In this document: piece after piece, positions 1-14,770 of the stretch | Layout: each line of letters opens with the position of its first letter | How positions within the stretch are numbered: the first letter of the stretch is position 1 | Source: Phyllobates terribilis | Taxonomy: Eukaryota | Direction: 5' to 3' | NCBI RefSeq assembly: GCF_046119375.1 | Contig: NW_027362765.1 | Location: 129,580,001 to 129,644,000 of the forward strand | DNA: 64,000 nucleotides | Made by a program: the position numbers and the translations under genes | The notes under the pieces: generated by a model | Told to the model about the DNA's origin: nothing | Database searches by the model: none | Seen by the model: only the letters and a program-made list of their open reading frames with translations

Positions 1-686
1 TCCCGTGTTGATAATGAGCTGAGAAGTGATCTCCACATAACAAGATTTTTATGGGGCTCATTGGCCAGACTAAATAAAAATCAATTTCTGAATTATTTTA
101 TTGTTTTTAAACTAAACTATAGATATGGAAAAAGAAAAAATCACTGAAAATACGTTTATCATAAAAAATTAATTAAATAAGAGGTGATTTTCAGACAATG
201 ATCTATTTAACCGTTATTGTTGTATATATGACAACCATTACTCTGGGTGACACGAATTTACCCACCAACACTCATGTCATTACTGGAGAGACTGAAGGGA
301 GCCTTGAACCCTCACCGTTCCATAATGTGCCCATATAGCGCCAAATCAGTATCCATATAGGGATGTGAAGTCTCAAAATACTGTCAACCAGTCCTCAGAG
401 AGCGCCATCCTTCGCCCACATAAATAAGACATAAAGTGACAGTATACACATAATACCTGTTATTTAAGGGATTGCTATTTTAGCAACTAACCAATATAGT
501 CTGCGGATATATTTTGGGGGTGTCTTACTCCTGAGAATTGTTGAGCCTTTTAATCATCATTTTGGCACCCCCACTCTTGCTGCTACATGATAGGTATTCT
601 GCAATAGCCAACTAATCAGTAACAACGGAGTAAACAATTTCCAGTGAATGGTGGTCACAGATTTTACTATATTTATATATATATAT

Positions 687-2296
687 AAGTTTGGACACAC
701 CTCATTTAAAGATTTTTCTGTATTTTCATGACTATGATAATTGTACATTCCCACTGAAGGCATCAAAACTATGAATTAACACATGTGGAATTATATACTT
801 AACAAAAAAGTGTGAAACAACTGAAAATATGTCTTATATTCTAGGTTCTTCAAAGTAGCCACCTTTTGCTTTGATGACTGCTTTGCACACTCTTGCCGTT
901 CTCTTGATGAGCTTCAAGAGGTAGTCACCGAAATGGTCTTCCAACAATCTTGAAGGAGTTCCCAGAGATTCTTAGCACTTGTTGGCCCTTTTGCCTTCAC
1001 TCTGCGGTCCAGCTCACCCCAAACCATCTCGATTGGGTTCAGGTCTGGTGACTGTGGAGGCAAGGTCATCTGGCGTAGCACCTCATCACTCTCCTTCTTG
1101 GTCAAATAGCCCTTACACAGCCTGGAGGTGTGTTTGGGGTCATTGTCCTGTTGAAAAATAAATGATGGTCCAACTAAACGCAAACCGGATGGAATAGCAT
1201 GCCGCTGCAAGATGCTGTGGTAGCCACGCTGGTTCAGTATGCCTTCAATTTTGAATAAATCCCCAACAGTGTCACCAGCAAAGCATCCCCACACCATCAC
1301 ACCTCCTCCTCCATGCTTCACGGTGGGAACCAGGCATGTAGAGTCCATCCGTTCACCTTTTCTTTGTCACACAAAGACACGGTGGTTAAAACCAAAGATC
1401 TCAAATTTGGACTCATCAGACCAAAGCACAGATTTCCACTGGTCTAATGTCCATTCCTTGTGTTCTTTAGCCCAAACAAGTCTCTTCTGCTTGTTGCCTG
1501 TCCTTAGCAGTGGTTTCCTAGCAGCTATTTTACCATGAAGGCCTGCTGCACAAAGTCTCCTCTTAACAGTTGTTGTAGAGATGTGTCTGCTGCTAGAACT
1601 CTGTGTAGCATTGACCTGGTCTCTAATCTGAGCTGCTGTTAACCTGCGATTTCTGAGGCTGGTGACTCGGATAAACTTATCCTCAGAAGCAGAGGTGACT
1701 CTTGGTCTTCCTTTCCTGGGGCGGTCCTCATGTGAGCCAGTTTCTTTGTAGCGCTTGATGGTTTTTGTAACTGCACTTGGGGACACTTTCAAAGTTTGCC
1801 CAATTTTTCGGACTGACTGACCTTCATTTCTTAAAGGAATGATGGCCACTCGTTTTTCTTTACTTAGCTGCTTTTTTCTTGCTGTGATACAAATTCTAAC
1901 GGTCTATTCAGTAGGACTATCAGCTGTGTATCCACCTGACTTCTGCACAACACAACTGATGGTCACAACCCCATTTATAAGGCAAGAAATCCCACTTATT
2001 AAACCTGACAGGGCAAACCTGTGAAGTGAAAACCATTTCCGGTGACTACCTCTTGAAGCTCATCAAGAGAATGCCAAGATTGTGCAAAGCAGTCATCAAA
2101 GCAAAAGGTGGCTACTTTGAAGAACCTAGAATATAAGACATATTTTCAGTTGTTTCACACTTTTTTGTAAAGTATATAATTCCACATGTGTTAATTCATA
2201 GTTTTGATGCCTTCAGTGTGAATGTACAATTTTCAAAGTCATGAAAATACAGAAAAATCTTTAAATGAGGTGTGTCCAAACTTTTGGTCTGTACTA
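687..2296 (-). mobile_element. Tc1/mariner DNA transposon, DD38E spacing (Intruder-like), long TIRs, decayed; lies in SS18L1 intron 1
   Basis: ~255-bp inverted repeats at 687-941 and 2028-2284 (AAGTTTGGACACACC...). Transposase motifs WSDESKF, QQDNDPKH, SPDLNPIE with 38 residues between the second D and E. Both ends abut (TA)n tracts; the outer left TIR is eroded. Confidence 0.9.
834..1885 (-). pseudogene. Tc1-family transposase pseudogene (DD38E)
   Basis: ORFs 1367-1849 and 914-1348 are in one frame, separated by TGA at 1367-1369 (probable CGA>TGA). The start codon is apparently mutated near 1885. A 1-bp deletion near 930 shifts the C-terminus (SGDYLLKLIKR..KGGYFEEPRI*, stop 834-836). Confidence 0.88.
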
Positions 2297-3281
2297 ATTA
2301 TATATATATATATATTTTTTATTATTTATTTTTCGCTGCTATTAATCATTTACAAGACCATATACAGTTTCCTATGTTAAAGAATTGCAACGTGTCTGTA
2401 AAAATGCTACACAGTTGCTCCATATGGCATCCAATTTTTTCCTTGCACCCATAGACTTGAATGGGTGAGTCTCCTTTGATTTTTGGAGGGAAATCGTGAA
2501 TGCTGTGATTTTTTTTTGCACATGCAGATTCAGTCAGTGAAAAAAAAAATCTGTTCATCTGCACTAGCCCATTGAATAACATTGGTCCGAGCGCTACCTG
2601 ATTATTTGACGGACAGCACTGGGACCGAAATATGGTCCCAAGGAAGAGAGATCCCTCCCAGCTCGTCCAGGATCAGCGGCAGGTTTTCTACAGGTGATCT
2701 CACTTATCAATGTGTTATTCTATACCAGCCATCCTGAAACTACATCTCCCAGCGTACGCTTCCACGCTTGGAAGTGTAGTTCTAAGCAGGAGAGGCACAT
2801 GTTGCAGATGACAGGTCATATAGGAAAGGTACTGTGGAATTAATGGCGCTACATCAGTAATCATAATAAATTTAGATTCTTTTTTTGCCCTGCAGGAAAT
2901 ACAATATACCAGTAAAAAAATAAATCCCTAAATTATTCCCAAATCTAATCCAATAATTATAATATATATATATATATATATATTCAGCTCATGTCTGCAG
3001 AACTGATGCAGGCAGTTTCTCATCCCCAATCTATGCATCAATGTCCAACACATGTATCAGATGGTTACACAGCAGCAAGAGGGAACTGTGAGGAGGTGGT
3101 AGACAATGGTGATTTATAGGCTCTTCTTCACACCCCTCCTCCCTAATCCACAGATAAGGATGAAGGCACTCAGGGATGCATCCTGCTCTTCTGTCATCAT
3201 GGAGGCAAATGACATGTTAGAGGACAGCAGATTAGCACCACCTGCAAATCTCCAAATCTCCCTGCAATTTGGATGCAATAA

Positions 3282-3349
<68 letters not shown>

Positions 3350-3484
3350 CTGCACCTGTCAGCCATATTTTGGGAGTTAGCACCCATGCATCCTCATACT
3401 ATGCATGACACATGAGGAATTTACCTCCCTCCTCCCTCCTTAGAATAAGCCTGGTGCCATCAGACACCCTTGCAGATCATTTAC

Positions 3485-3553
3485 CTTCTGGATAGTTTGC
3501 TGGGTGACCTCTCCTTTCCCTCTGGGTCTGGCAGAAGCAAAGGCCACAGACAT
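3485..3553 (-). CDS. SS18L1: SS18L1 (CREST) first coding exon; remainder lies beyond the window start
   Basis: Encodes MSVAFASARPRGKGEVTQQTIQK, the known SS18L1 N-terminus. Followed by donor GTAA. Head-to-head with PSMA7 as in other vertebrates. Confidence 0.93.
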
Positions 3554-4187
<634 letters not shown>

Positions 4188-4532
4188 TAGCCGGCAGACA
4201 TATGTAGTATGGTGGGCTGGGGGCGACCCCGGCATTTATGCGGTGTGCAGTATTACAGGAACAGGGAGCAATTGTGGGGACCCCTTGTAAGAGACAGAAT
4301 GGGCAGAACAAGGAACACAGAGACCTGCAGGGAATTTGGAGTTTGCATTAAAAATGGGGTGTGCTCATTCTGAGATATGTTACTGCTGTGAAAAAGAGGT
4401 GGGGGGGCACCCAGGGGAAAGGTGCATTCATTGGGAACCTTACACTTCAGGAGTGTGGGAGGTAACAGACTGGTAAGATTTTTTTTTTGGTTGGGGGAGG
4501 GGGTTGCACTTACTTTTCATGGTCAGGGTTGT

Positions 4533-6906
4533 GGGGGCCACGCGCTGTCTACGGCCAGGCATGGAGGGGGCCCAGGCTCTGTCTACGGCTAGGCATGGAG
4601 GGGGCCCAGGCTCTGTCTACGGCTAGGCATGGAGGGGGCCCAGGCGCTGTCTACGGCTAGGCATGGAGGGGGCCCAGGCGCTGTCTACGGCTAGGCATGG
4701 AGGGGGCCCAGGCGCTGTCTACGGCTAGGCATGGAGGGGGCCCAGGCGCTGTCTACGGCTAGGCATGGAGGGGGCCCAGGCGCTGTCTACGGCTAGGCAT
4801 GGAGGGGGCCCAGGCGCTGTCTACGGCTAGGCATGGAGGGGGCCCAGGCGCTGTCTACGGCTAGGCATGGAGGGGGCCCAGGCTCTGTCTACGGCTAGGC
4901 ATGGAGGGGGCCCAGGCGCTGTCTACGGCTAGGCATGGAGGGGGCCCAGGCGCTGTCTACGGCTAGGCATGGAGGGGGCCCAGGCGCTGTCTACGGCTAG
5001 GCATGGAGGGGGCCCAGGCGCTGTCTACGGCTAGGCATGGAGGGGGCCCAGGCGCTGTCTACGGCTAGGCATGGAGGGGGCCCAGGCGCTGTCTACGGCT
5101 AGGCATGGAGGGGGCCCAGGCGCTGTCTACGGCTAGGCATGGAGGGGGCCCAGGCGCTGTCTACGGCTAGGCATGGAGGGGGCCCAGGCGCTGTCTACGG
5201 CTAGGCATGGAGGGGGCCCAGGCGCTGTCTACGGCTAGGCATGGAGGGGGCCCAGGCGCTGTCTACGGCTAGGCATGGAGGGGGCCCAGGCGCTGTCTAC
5301 GGCTAGGCATGGAGGGGGCCCAGGCGCTGTCTACGGCTAGGCATGGAGGGGGCCCAGGCGCTGTCTACGGCTAGGCATGGAGGGGGCCCAGGCGCTGTCT
5401 ACGGCTAGGCATGGAGGGGGCCCAGGCGCTGTCTACGGCTAGGCATGGAGGGGGCCCAGGCGCTGTCTACGGCTAGGCATGGAGGGGGCCCAGGCGCTGT
5501 CTACGGCTAGGCATGGAGGGGGCCCAGGCGCTGTCTACGGCTAGGCATGGAGGGGGCCCAGGCGCTGTCTACGGCTAGGCATGGAGGGGGCCCAGGCGCT
5601 GTCTACGGCTAGGCATGGAGGGGGCCCAGGCGCTGTCTACGGCTAGGCATGGAGGGGGCCCAGGCGCTGTCTACGGCTAGGCATGGAGGGGGCCCAGGCG
5701 CTGTCTACGGCTAGGCATGGAGGGGGCCCAGGCGCTGTCTACGGCTAGGCATGGAGGGGGCCCAGGCGCTGTCTACGGCTAGGCATGGAGGGGGCCCAGG
5801 CGCTGTCTACGGCTAGGCATGGAGGGGGCCCAGGCGCTGTCTACGGCTAGGCATGGAGGGGGCCCAGGCGCTGTCTACGGCTAGGCATGGAGGGGGCCCA
5901 GGCGCTGTCTACGGCTAGGCATGGAGGGGGCCCAGGCGCTGTCTACGGCTAGGCATGGAGGGGGCCCAGGCGCTGTCTACGGCTAGGCATGGAGGGGGCC
6001 CAGGCGCTGTCTACGGCTAGGCATGGAGGGGGCCCAGGCGCTGTCTACGGCTAGGCATGGAGGGGGCCCAGGCGCTGTCTACGGCTAGGCATGGAGGGGG
6101 CCCAGGCGCTGTCTACGGCTAGGCATGGAGGGGGCCCAGGCGCTGTCTACGGCTAGGCATGGAGGGGGCCCAGGCGCTGTCTACGGCTAGGCATGGAGGG
6201 GGCCCAGGCGCTGTCTACGGCTAGGCATGGAGGGGGCCCAGGCGCTGTCTACGGCTAGGCATGGAGGGGGCCCAGGCGCTGTCTACGGCTAGGCATGGAG
6301 GGGGCCCAGGCGCTGTCTACGGCTAGGCATGGAGGGGGCCCAGGCGCTGTCTACGGCTAGGCATGGAGGGGGCCCAGGCGCTGTCTACGGCTAGGCATGG
6401 AGGGGGCCCAGGCGCTGTCTACGGCTAGGCATGGAGGGGGCCCAGGCGCTGTCTACGGCTAGGCATGGAGGGGGCCCAGGCGCTGTCTACGGCTAGGCAT
6501 GGAGGGGGCCCAGGCGCTGTCTAGGGCTAGGCATGGAGGGGGCCCAGGCGCTTTCTAGGGCTAGGCATGGAGGGGGCCCAGGCGCTTTCTAGGGCTAGGC
6601 ATGGAGGGGGCCCAGGCGCTGTCTAGGGCTAGGCATGGAGGGGGCCCAGGCGCTGTCTAGGGCTAGGCATGGAGGGGGCCCAGGCGCTGTCTAGGGCTAG
6701 GCATGAAGGGGGCCCAGGCGCTGTCTAGGGCTAGGCATGGAGGGGGCCCAGGCGCTGTCTAGGGCTAGGCATGGAGGGGGCCCAGGCGCTGTCTAGGGCT
6801 AGGCATGGAGGGGGCCCAGGCGCTGTCTAGGGCTAGGCATGGAAGGGGGCCCAGGCGCTTTCTACGGCTAGGCTTGGAGGGGGCCCATGCGCTTTCTAAG
6901 GCTAGG
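4533..6906 (+). repeat. 34-bp GC-rich minisatellite, ~70 copies, in PSMA7 intron 1
   Basis: Unit GCTGTCTACGGCTAGGCATGGAGGGGGCCCAGGC. The line phase recurs every 1020 bp (30 x 34). Variant units are confined to the array ends. Confidence 0.97.
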
Positions 6907-7476
6907 TTTGTGGAATTAGTGAGCACCCATTGGTTAAACTGTTTGGGGAGGCACACACTGATTAGATTTGTGGAGCTGGGGGTCATGTTTAGATAGAAGA
7001 GGGGGCAAACACGGAAAGTTTGGTAAAGTCACCAAAATATTATTTGAAACAAAAAGTATATTGCAGAGTTCTAGAAGACTTAATTATCTACTGATTACAG
7101 GGGTTCTCCAACTTTGAAAAAAAAAACCATTTTTTTCCAGTGACAGGGATGGATTTACAACACTAAAATGATGTGGACTCACCAGCCGTAGCCCCAGTGC
7201 TGGATGATGTCCCACTCTTCAGTCATCTGGCTGCTGAGGCCTATGATTGACTGCAGTGGTCAGGTGTCCTAAGAGCTGAACATTATTGCTTCCTGTTTTG
7301 ATGAAGGCCACTGGAGCATTGGGCCATGGGGGCTACAGTAGTTAGCATTAATTTTAAAATCATCCTTGCCATTAAAAACAATTTTTAGTGGTTGGAAAAC
7401 CTACAGGAAAACTGGGGAAAAAATCTGCCTTGAGTTCTCCTGAGTTTAATGTGACTTTCTGTTCTTTCGGCATTAG

Positions 7477-7677
<201 letters not shown>

Positions 7678-7901
7678 TAGAACCGTAGGTGGTGCACAAT
7701 TTGCAGTTGTGATATGGTCCCAAAGGCTAGCACTCCATATTGATACTTGGTCTCTCTCTGGACTGTGGCAAAATTGGTGCTTGACCACATATTGCACTTT
7801 ATTTCAGCGGGCATCAGAAGTGTGGGTTACCAAACAGAACCTGTGGACAGGGGTGGTGCTGTCTCTGTGCCCAGGAGGGTGTACAGAATTACAATACATA
7901 A

Positions 7902-8379
<478 letters not shown>

Positions 8380-8408
8380 TAAATGGTAAAGACTTAATTA
8401 TCATCTGA

Positions 8409-8731
<323 letters not shown>

Positions 8732-9533
8732 GTAAGTGTGACGATGCACACAGGCCGGCCGTATGTAAGGCGATTATTGAGATACTAGGGGATAATGCCT
8801 CCATAATATGGCATCGGTTGCAATATGCCGCCATAGCAAATCCGACTGCCAGTGGCAGAGAATGACGCCATAGACTGGTATGGATGCCAGCGCTTGTATT
8901 ATGGCATGAGCCCTCATTTGACCATGATTTTATCTGATGGAGGAGATATAATAATTAGGTAATGGGATAAATCAGGAAAGTCACTATAGGTCCAAGGTAC
9001 ATTGTAGTGTAACATAGCAGTACCATTGTCATTTTAATAGGAATAATCACTTAAAGGGGTTTACCCCTAGAAGGAATTAGGGGCGCTGTATTAGCCTCCT
9101 AATATAGTGTTTAAAAGCTATGTGCACATATTGTGCCCTCAGCAGGGTGACGGACATCCCAGCGTGTGCTGGGAGAAATTGTCCCTTTTCTTCTCCTCCT
9201 TCTTCCCGCTGTCTTGCTCTTTCTGCACACCCTGGGATGCCAGTCACGCCGCTGTGGGCATTATACTAGCGCACTGTTGCAGTGATTGACATCTAGTCAG
9301 GTAGTGCTATCTTGCTCTTTCTGCACACCCTGGGATGCCAGTCACGCCGCTGTGGACATGATACCAGTGCACTGATGCAGTGATTGACATCTAGTTGGGT
9401 ACAGGCACTTAGGGATGATGAAATGACATTTTTTAAACATACAAATGTGCCATTTAGGGACAATACAAGGATCTTTGAAAATGGTATAGGAAGCTAATAA
9501 AGTGCACCTTGGGGTAAATCAAGGTTCCCTTTA

Positions 9534-10567
9534 GGCTGTGTGCCCACTATGCGTTTTTTTAAGCATTTCCGCAGCGGCAGTTCCGCTACAGAAACGCTTA
9601 AAAAAACGCTTGGTAGAAGGTCTGCCATGTTCCCTAATGATGATCTGCATGTGCTGTGCACATGCTGCGGAAATTTCCGCTGCGGATTATCATTGCGGAA
9701 AAATCCGCAGCACTACCAATTATTTTGCGGAATCGCGGCGTTTTCACCGCCATTGACTTGCATTGGAACGCATGGAATCCGCATCACTGCATCTGCAGAT
9801 GCGGATTCCATGCGTTTCAATGTGCGGATGGTACTCTGGTTTGGAGGAGAGGAGACTCTCCTCCAGACCTGGGTACAATAATACCTGTAAAAAAAAAAAG
9901 AATAAATTAAAAAAAATATACATTATACTTACCTTCTGATGGCCCCCGGTGTCCTCAGCAATGCGTCCGGTGTGTTGGGCGGCTCGCGATGGTCTAAAAA
10001 GGACCTTCCATGACGTCATTTAGTCATGTGACAGGTCACGCGACCGCTGACGTTGGTGGTCGCGTGACCCATCACATGACTAAATGACGTCATGGCAGGT
10101 CCTTTTAATCCACCACGAGTAGCCGGCAAGCCAAGACGCATCACTAAGGACACCGAGGGCCATCAGAAGGTAAGAATAATGTATATTTTTTATTTTATTC
10201 TTTTTTTTTTTTTTTTTTACAGTTTCTATGGTACCTGGGTCCGGAGGAGAGTCTCCTCCACACCCGGGTACCATTCTTTTACGGTCACACTATATAAATC
10301 CATGCTGGTTGCATGGATTTATATAGTGTGGCCAAGTTGTCAAGCACTTTCCAAGTGATGCTAAAATCGCTTGGAAAGCGCTTGACAACCCGCATGCGGA
10401 AATGCATGTGAAGAACGCTTCACATCCGCTTGTCCCTGGCAGGAAAACGTATGTACAATCCACATGTACAATCCGCATGTACAATCCGCATGCATTTTTT
10501 CTGCCAGGGAGATGCAGAAACGCTCAGGAAAAAATCCGGAGCATTTCTCCATCATGGGCACATAGCC
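9534..10567. mobile_element. Non-autonomous PIF/Harbinger-type MITE in PSMA7 intron 6
   Basis: TIRs GGCTGTGTGCCCA / TGGGCACATAGCC, with TTA on both flanks (9531-33, 10568-70). Internal inverted repeats; no coding capacity. Confidence 0.7.
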
Positions 10568-10906
10568 TTAATATTGCATATTAATGTTGAATATTCTGGC
10601 TATATACGTCGCTACAACGAGATAAATACATTGGGCAGATTGAGTCGCACGGCGTCTTGCCATTAAAGACTTGATGATCCCTGTTTGTTCTCTTGGTGCA
10701 ACGCCATATACAATCATCAAAACGCTGAGTTTCCAACAGCCCGCAGCACTGGAAGTGGAATAAGACTTTGTCATTGTAGAACTGAAAAATGACCACTAAG
10801 TTTCAACCGTTATCAAGCAAATTGTATATTCTACAGTGTAGTCTTGTCATTTGGCTCAATAAGGGACGATTGTGGCTGAAACATCGCTGTCCCTTTTGCA
10901 GTTTAA

Positions 10907-11713
10907 GGCTATGTTCACACGTTGGATTTTTTTCAGCGTCACAAATCTGCAGCAAAACCCAACTCTGGCAGGAAAGCAGCTGCGTCAAAAACGCAGGTTT
11001 AGCTGCTTTTTTTTTTTGTTTGTTTGTTTTTTTTCAGCTTTTTTTTTTAACTGTCCTTTTGTCTCTTTATGCATGTACATAAAGTTCAGTAAAAAAAAAA
11101 TCTTCTAGTATTGGCATAGTGGGGAAGGTGAGTTGTTCAGGAATAGTTTAGACACTGGCAATGCATTGAGTTTGTATGACACTATTTATTTTCACACTAT
11201 GGGGTCTGCCATTGAGTTGCTCAGGGTATTGTTCAATTTCACACCTCACTGGGCCACAGGTATTGTTCAATCTCATACATAGTTCAGCTAATGTTTCCAC
11301 TCTACACATCACTAATTTAATTAAACTCTCCCAATGCAAACAACCATCTCAGTGACCAAGACAAGATGGTAAAATCACAAAAATAAATGACTTTTACATA
11401 CTGCTGTACTTGCTTATTTTCACTAGAAACGCAGCAAAACCTGATGGCTGTGTTCACACCATGTTTTTTTTCAGCGGTTTTTCCACTACCCATTACTTCC
11501 AATGGGTGAAAAACGCTGAAACAATTGACATGCTTTATTTTCCAAAAACCCAACCTAGGCACAAAATACTCAGCAAAAAAAAAACTAACGATGTGTGAAC
11601 AGAGAATTCTGGTTTCTCATAGACTTTGCTGGTACTGCAAGACAAAGCTGAACGTTTGCATAAAAATCTGCAGCAAAAAACCGCTGAAAAACCCGACATG
11701 TGTGAACATAGCC
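10907..11713. mobile_element. Non-autonomous PIF/Harbinger-type MITE
   Basis: TIRs GGCTATGTTCACAC / GTGTGAACATAGCC, flanked by TAA and TTA. Confidence 0.65.
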
Positions 11714-13920
11714 TTACAATGACATAAACAAGCGTTATAATGTTATTTTACACCCGGGCCTGGAATTGTGCAATGCTGACAAGGTCTGTGTCTCCCCAGT
11801 AATCTGCTATGAGCAGATCTAATAGACAGCCGGCATTAAACCACTATGATCAGGTGATCCCAGCTTCCTACACACAGAGCGAAAAAAATATTAACGTAAA
11901 GAAATTAATTGACAAATAAAAGCCTAACATTTGTTTTTATTCACATGCTATTTTTTAACACCATCCCAACCAATCCCTGCATAGTCAAGGACCATCTTTA
12001 ACATGGATATCAAACCAAATACTCATGCATCCATATAGCAGAATATGGTTTTATCTTTCGCTGGATTTTTTTCCTCCCTACCTTGCCCTAATCTGCTTTT
12101 ACACCTACAATAAGAGTATGTTCACACTGTGTCTTTTTCCGATGCTCAAAAACGACCATCTCAACGAAGATCTCTTTTCTCTGCAGTTTTCAAAAACGAC
12201 AAACTTTTTTTTTTGGGCTTTTCCTAATTTTTTTTCAAACTTTTTCTTCCTCCAGTTTCCTTTTCTTACCTAAAGCATTTAAAAGAAGCTCTATGATCAG
12301 TGAGCTGTTTTTACATAGAAATGAATAGGACCATTCTTTTGAGCATTTTTGGAGTTTTCTACCCCAAGAAACGCTGGAAAAAGTCGTAGTGTAAGCATAC
12401 CCTAAGAATTTCTGTACATGGCATGGGTGCTCTGTGTCCATTTACAGATACCGTATGACACCTAAGGGCAGGAGTGGCACTGGGAAAAAAAGATCTCTGT
12501 AGTGAAGCCTTATTCAGATGTCCGTTTTTAATGTACGTGTGGGATCAGTGTTCTACAGAAAATGTCCATTTTTTTTTTTTTGCAAACTGTTTGGTGCACT
12601 AAAGAAAATAGAAAAAAATGAAGACATGTCTGTTTTTGATCCGATCTACTAAAGTCTGTGGGAATCATGTACAGCACGTGTGTTGTCCGATTTTAACATT
12701 TTGCTGGGTATGAGAAGCTTTGCAATTTTTTCTATTTATTTTTTTTTTCTTTTTAAAGCAAAATTACTGATGGTAAAAACTGAACCACTGAAGAAAATGT
12801 GATCCAAAATACTGATAAAAGTTGTCAGTTCTGTTCACGTATGGGGAAAAAAAAATTAACGTCTGAGGCCTTATAGTGATGTACAGTGCAAAAGTTTTAG
12901 GCAGATGTGGAAAAAATACTGCAAAGTAAGAATAGATTCAAAAATAGAAGTGTTAATAGTTTACATTTTATTCATTGATTAAAAAAAAGTGGATGAACAA
13001 AATAGAAGTGTAAATCTCACAATATTTTCTTTTGGATACAGTTTCTTAAAGCTTTTTGAAGGAACTCCGCAGGGAGGTTGTTAAAAACATCTTGGAGAAC
13101 TAACCACAGATCTTGTGGACATAAGTTTGTGCAAGTCCTCTTCTTTTCACACCATTAGGGTCTGTGCACATATTATTTGCTGCAGACATTTCTGCAGTAA
13201 AAACTGTGCATAAAAAAAAATGCATGTTTTGCTTTTTGTATTTATTTTTTTCCCCCATCATTCATTAGAATGGATGAAAAACTGCTTCAAATATGCAAGG
13301 AAAAAATAAGCAACCTGTGCATGAGATCTCAGAAATCTCATTCTCTTTGCTGAGACAGTAAAATGCTGCATTTTGGTTTTGTGTGGCAAAAACGCAACGT
13401 GTGAACATACCCTAAAAATCTGCAGCATTTTATTTCCTCTACACCTGCCTTTTTGCACCGTACTGTACTGTATATGGGACAAAGTTTACTTATTCAATGA
13501 CAGGAAAACCATGCATATTGTCTGGCATAAATGTGTGTAGTCCATTAAATTAAGAATAAAGAAAAAAAAAAAGATACATTTCCATTACTCTCTACATAAA
13601 ACGTAATGAAAAAAAATGGCAGTTCTGTCTCAATACAAGATTAAAGACCCATCCGTGGCTCAAACAAAAATAGGCTAAACTAACAAAAATAAAATATTCC
13701 CCTTTAGAATAGGTCCTGTTAAAAAGGACACTTCAAGAAAGGCTGATACTGCCTTATACCTAGTAGAAGATTTCCAGGACCCCAGGCCATGACACGGGTA
13801 TTAAAAAAGTTACATTTCTCGGCACTGCAGCTCATCATCTTTTTCTTTCTGGTATCTAAACCCTGGCTCATGGGTAAAGTATTGACTAAGTATTGAGTTT
13901 TCTACTGTTTGTCTTCCTGA

Positions 13921-14013
<93 letters not shown>

Positions 14014-14051
14014 CTTATTCTTCTGGACAATACTGTGTAAATCAGTTCGAC

Positions 14052-14057
14052 AATAAA
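14052..14057 (+). terminator. PSMA7: Probable PSMA7 polyadenylation signal
   Basis: AATAAA 38 nt after the stop codon. Confidence 0.65.
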
Positions 14058-14770
14058 TGTTTTTCTTTATTACATTTCTTTAAGGGCTCAGTCTGGTATT
14101 TGGCTTGCAGCAGATTGCAGGATCGGCAGCCTCTTCAAGCCTTGTTTCTGAGTAATATATAGAATTATTGGAGATCATTGAAGTATAACATGACATTACG
14201 ATTATTGATTACTCAGTGTATCGTTATTTAGGGCAAAACCACACAGAGCGCCCAAATACTGCACCGACCTCATGGTGTTTGTATTGATTGGTAGTGCTGA
14301 CTGTCTTGCTAACTAACTGCAGTTTTACTCGTAAAATTGTGTCTGATCTTGATTTAAAAACTGCTCCAAAATGCAAGTCCGTACATCTAATTTTACCCAC
14401 CCCCACCTGGCAGATGTGCAGCTTTAATACAAGGTTAGCGAAAATGCAGTGTTTTTTTTTTCCCTTTGCGTATTCGCTTGCAGAAAATCCGCTGCATTTT
14501 ACAGTGCAGGTACAATGCATTAGATTGTTGAAATCTCGTGCACATATTGTGGAAAAAAAATCCTCCTTGTAAATTGCCGAGAGCTGTTGATTTGAGACCT
14601 GCAGCACGTCAATTTATGCTGCAGATGTTAGTGCAAATGTCATCCTTTGTAATGCAAATGCTGAAATGTGCAACACATTCACAATGATATCTACAGCGTT
14701 AAATACTGCTGTGGGTAAGGCCTCGTTCACACATCCTTTTTCCTTTACAAGTGCTATCCTGTGATTAGTA

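Noticed and set aside
4533-6906. CRISPR-like array
   Set aside because: The units are contiguous with no unique spacers, the context is eukaryotic, and there are no cas genes. The same applies to the 97-bp array.
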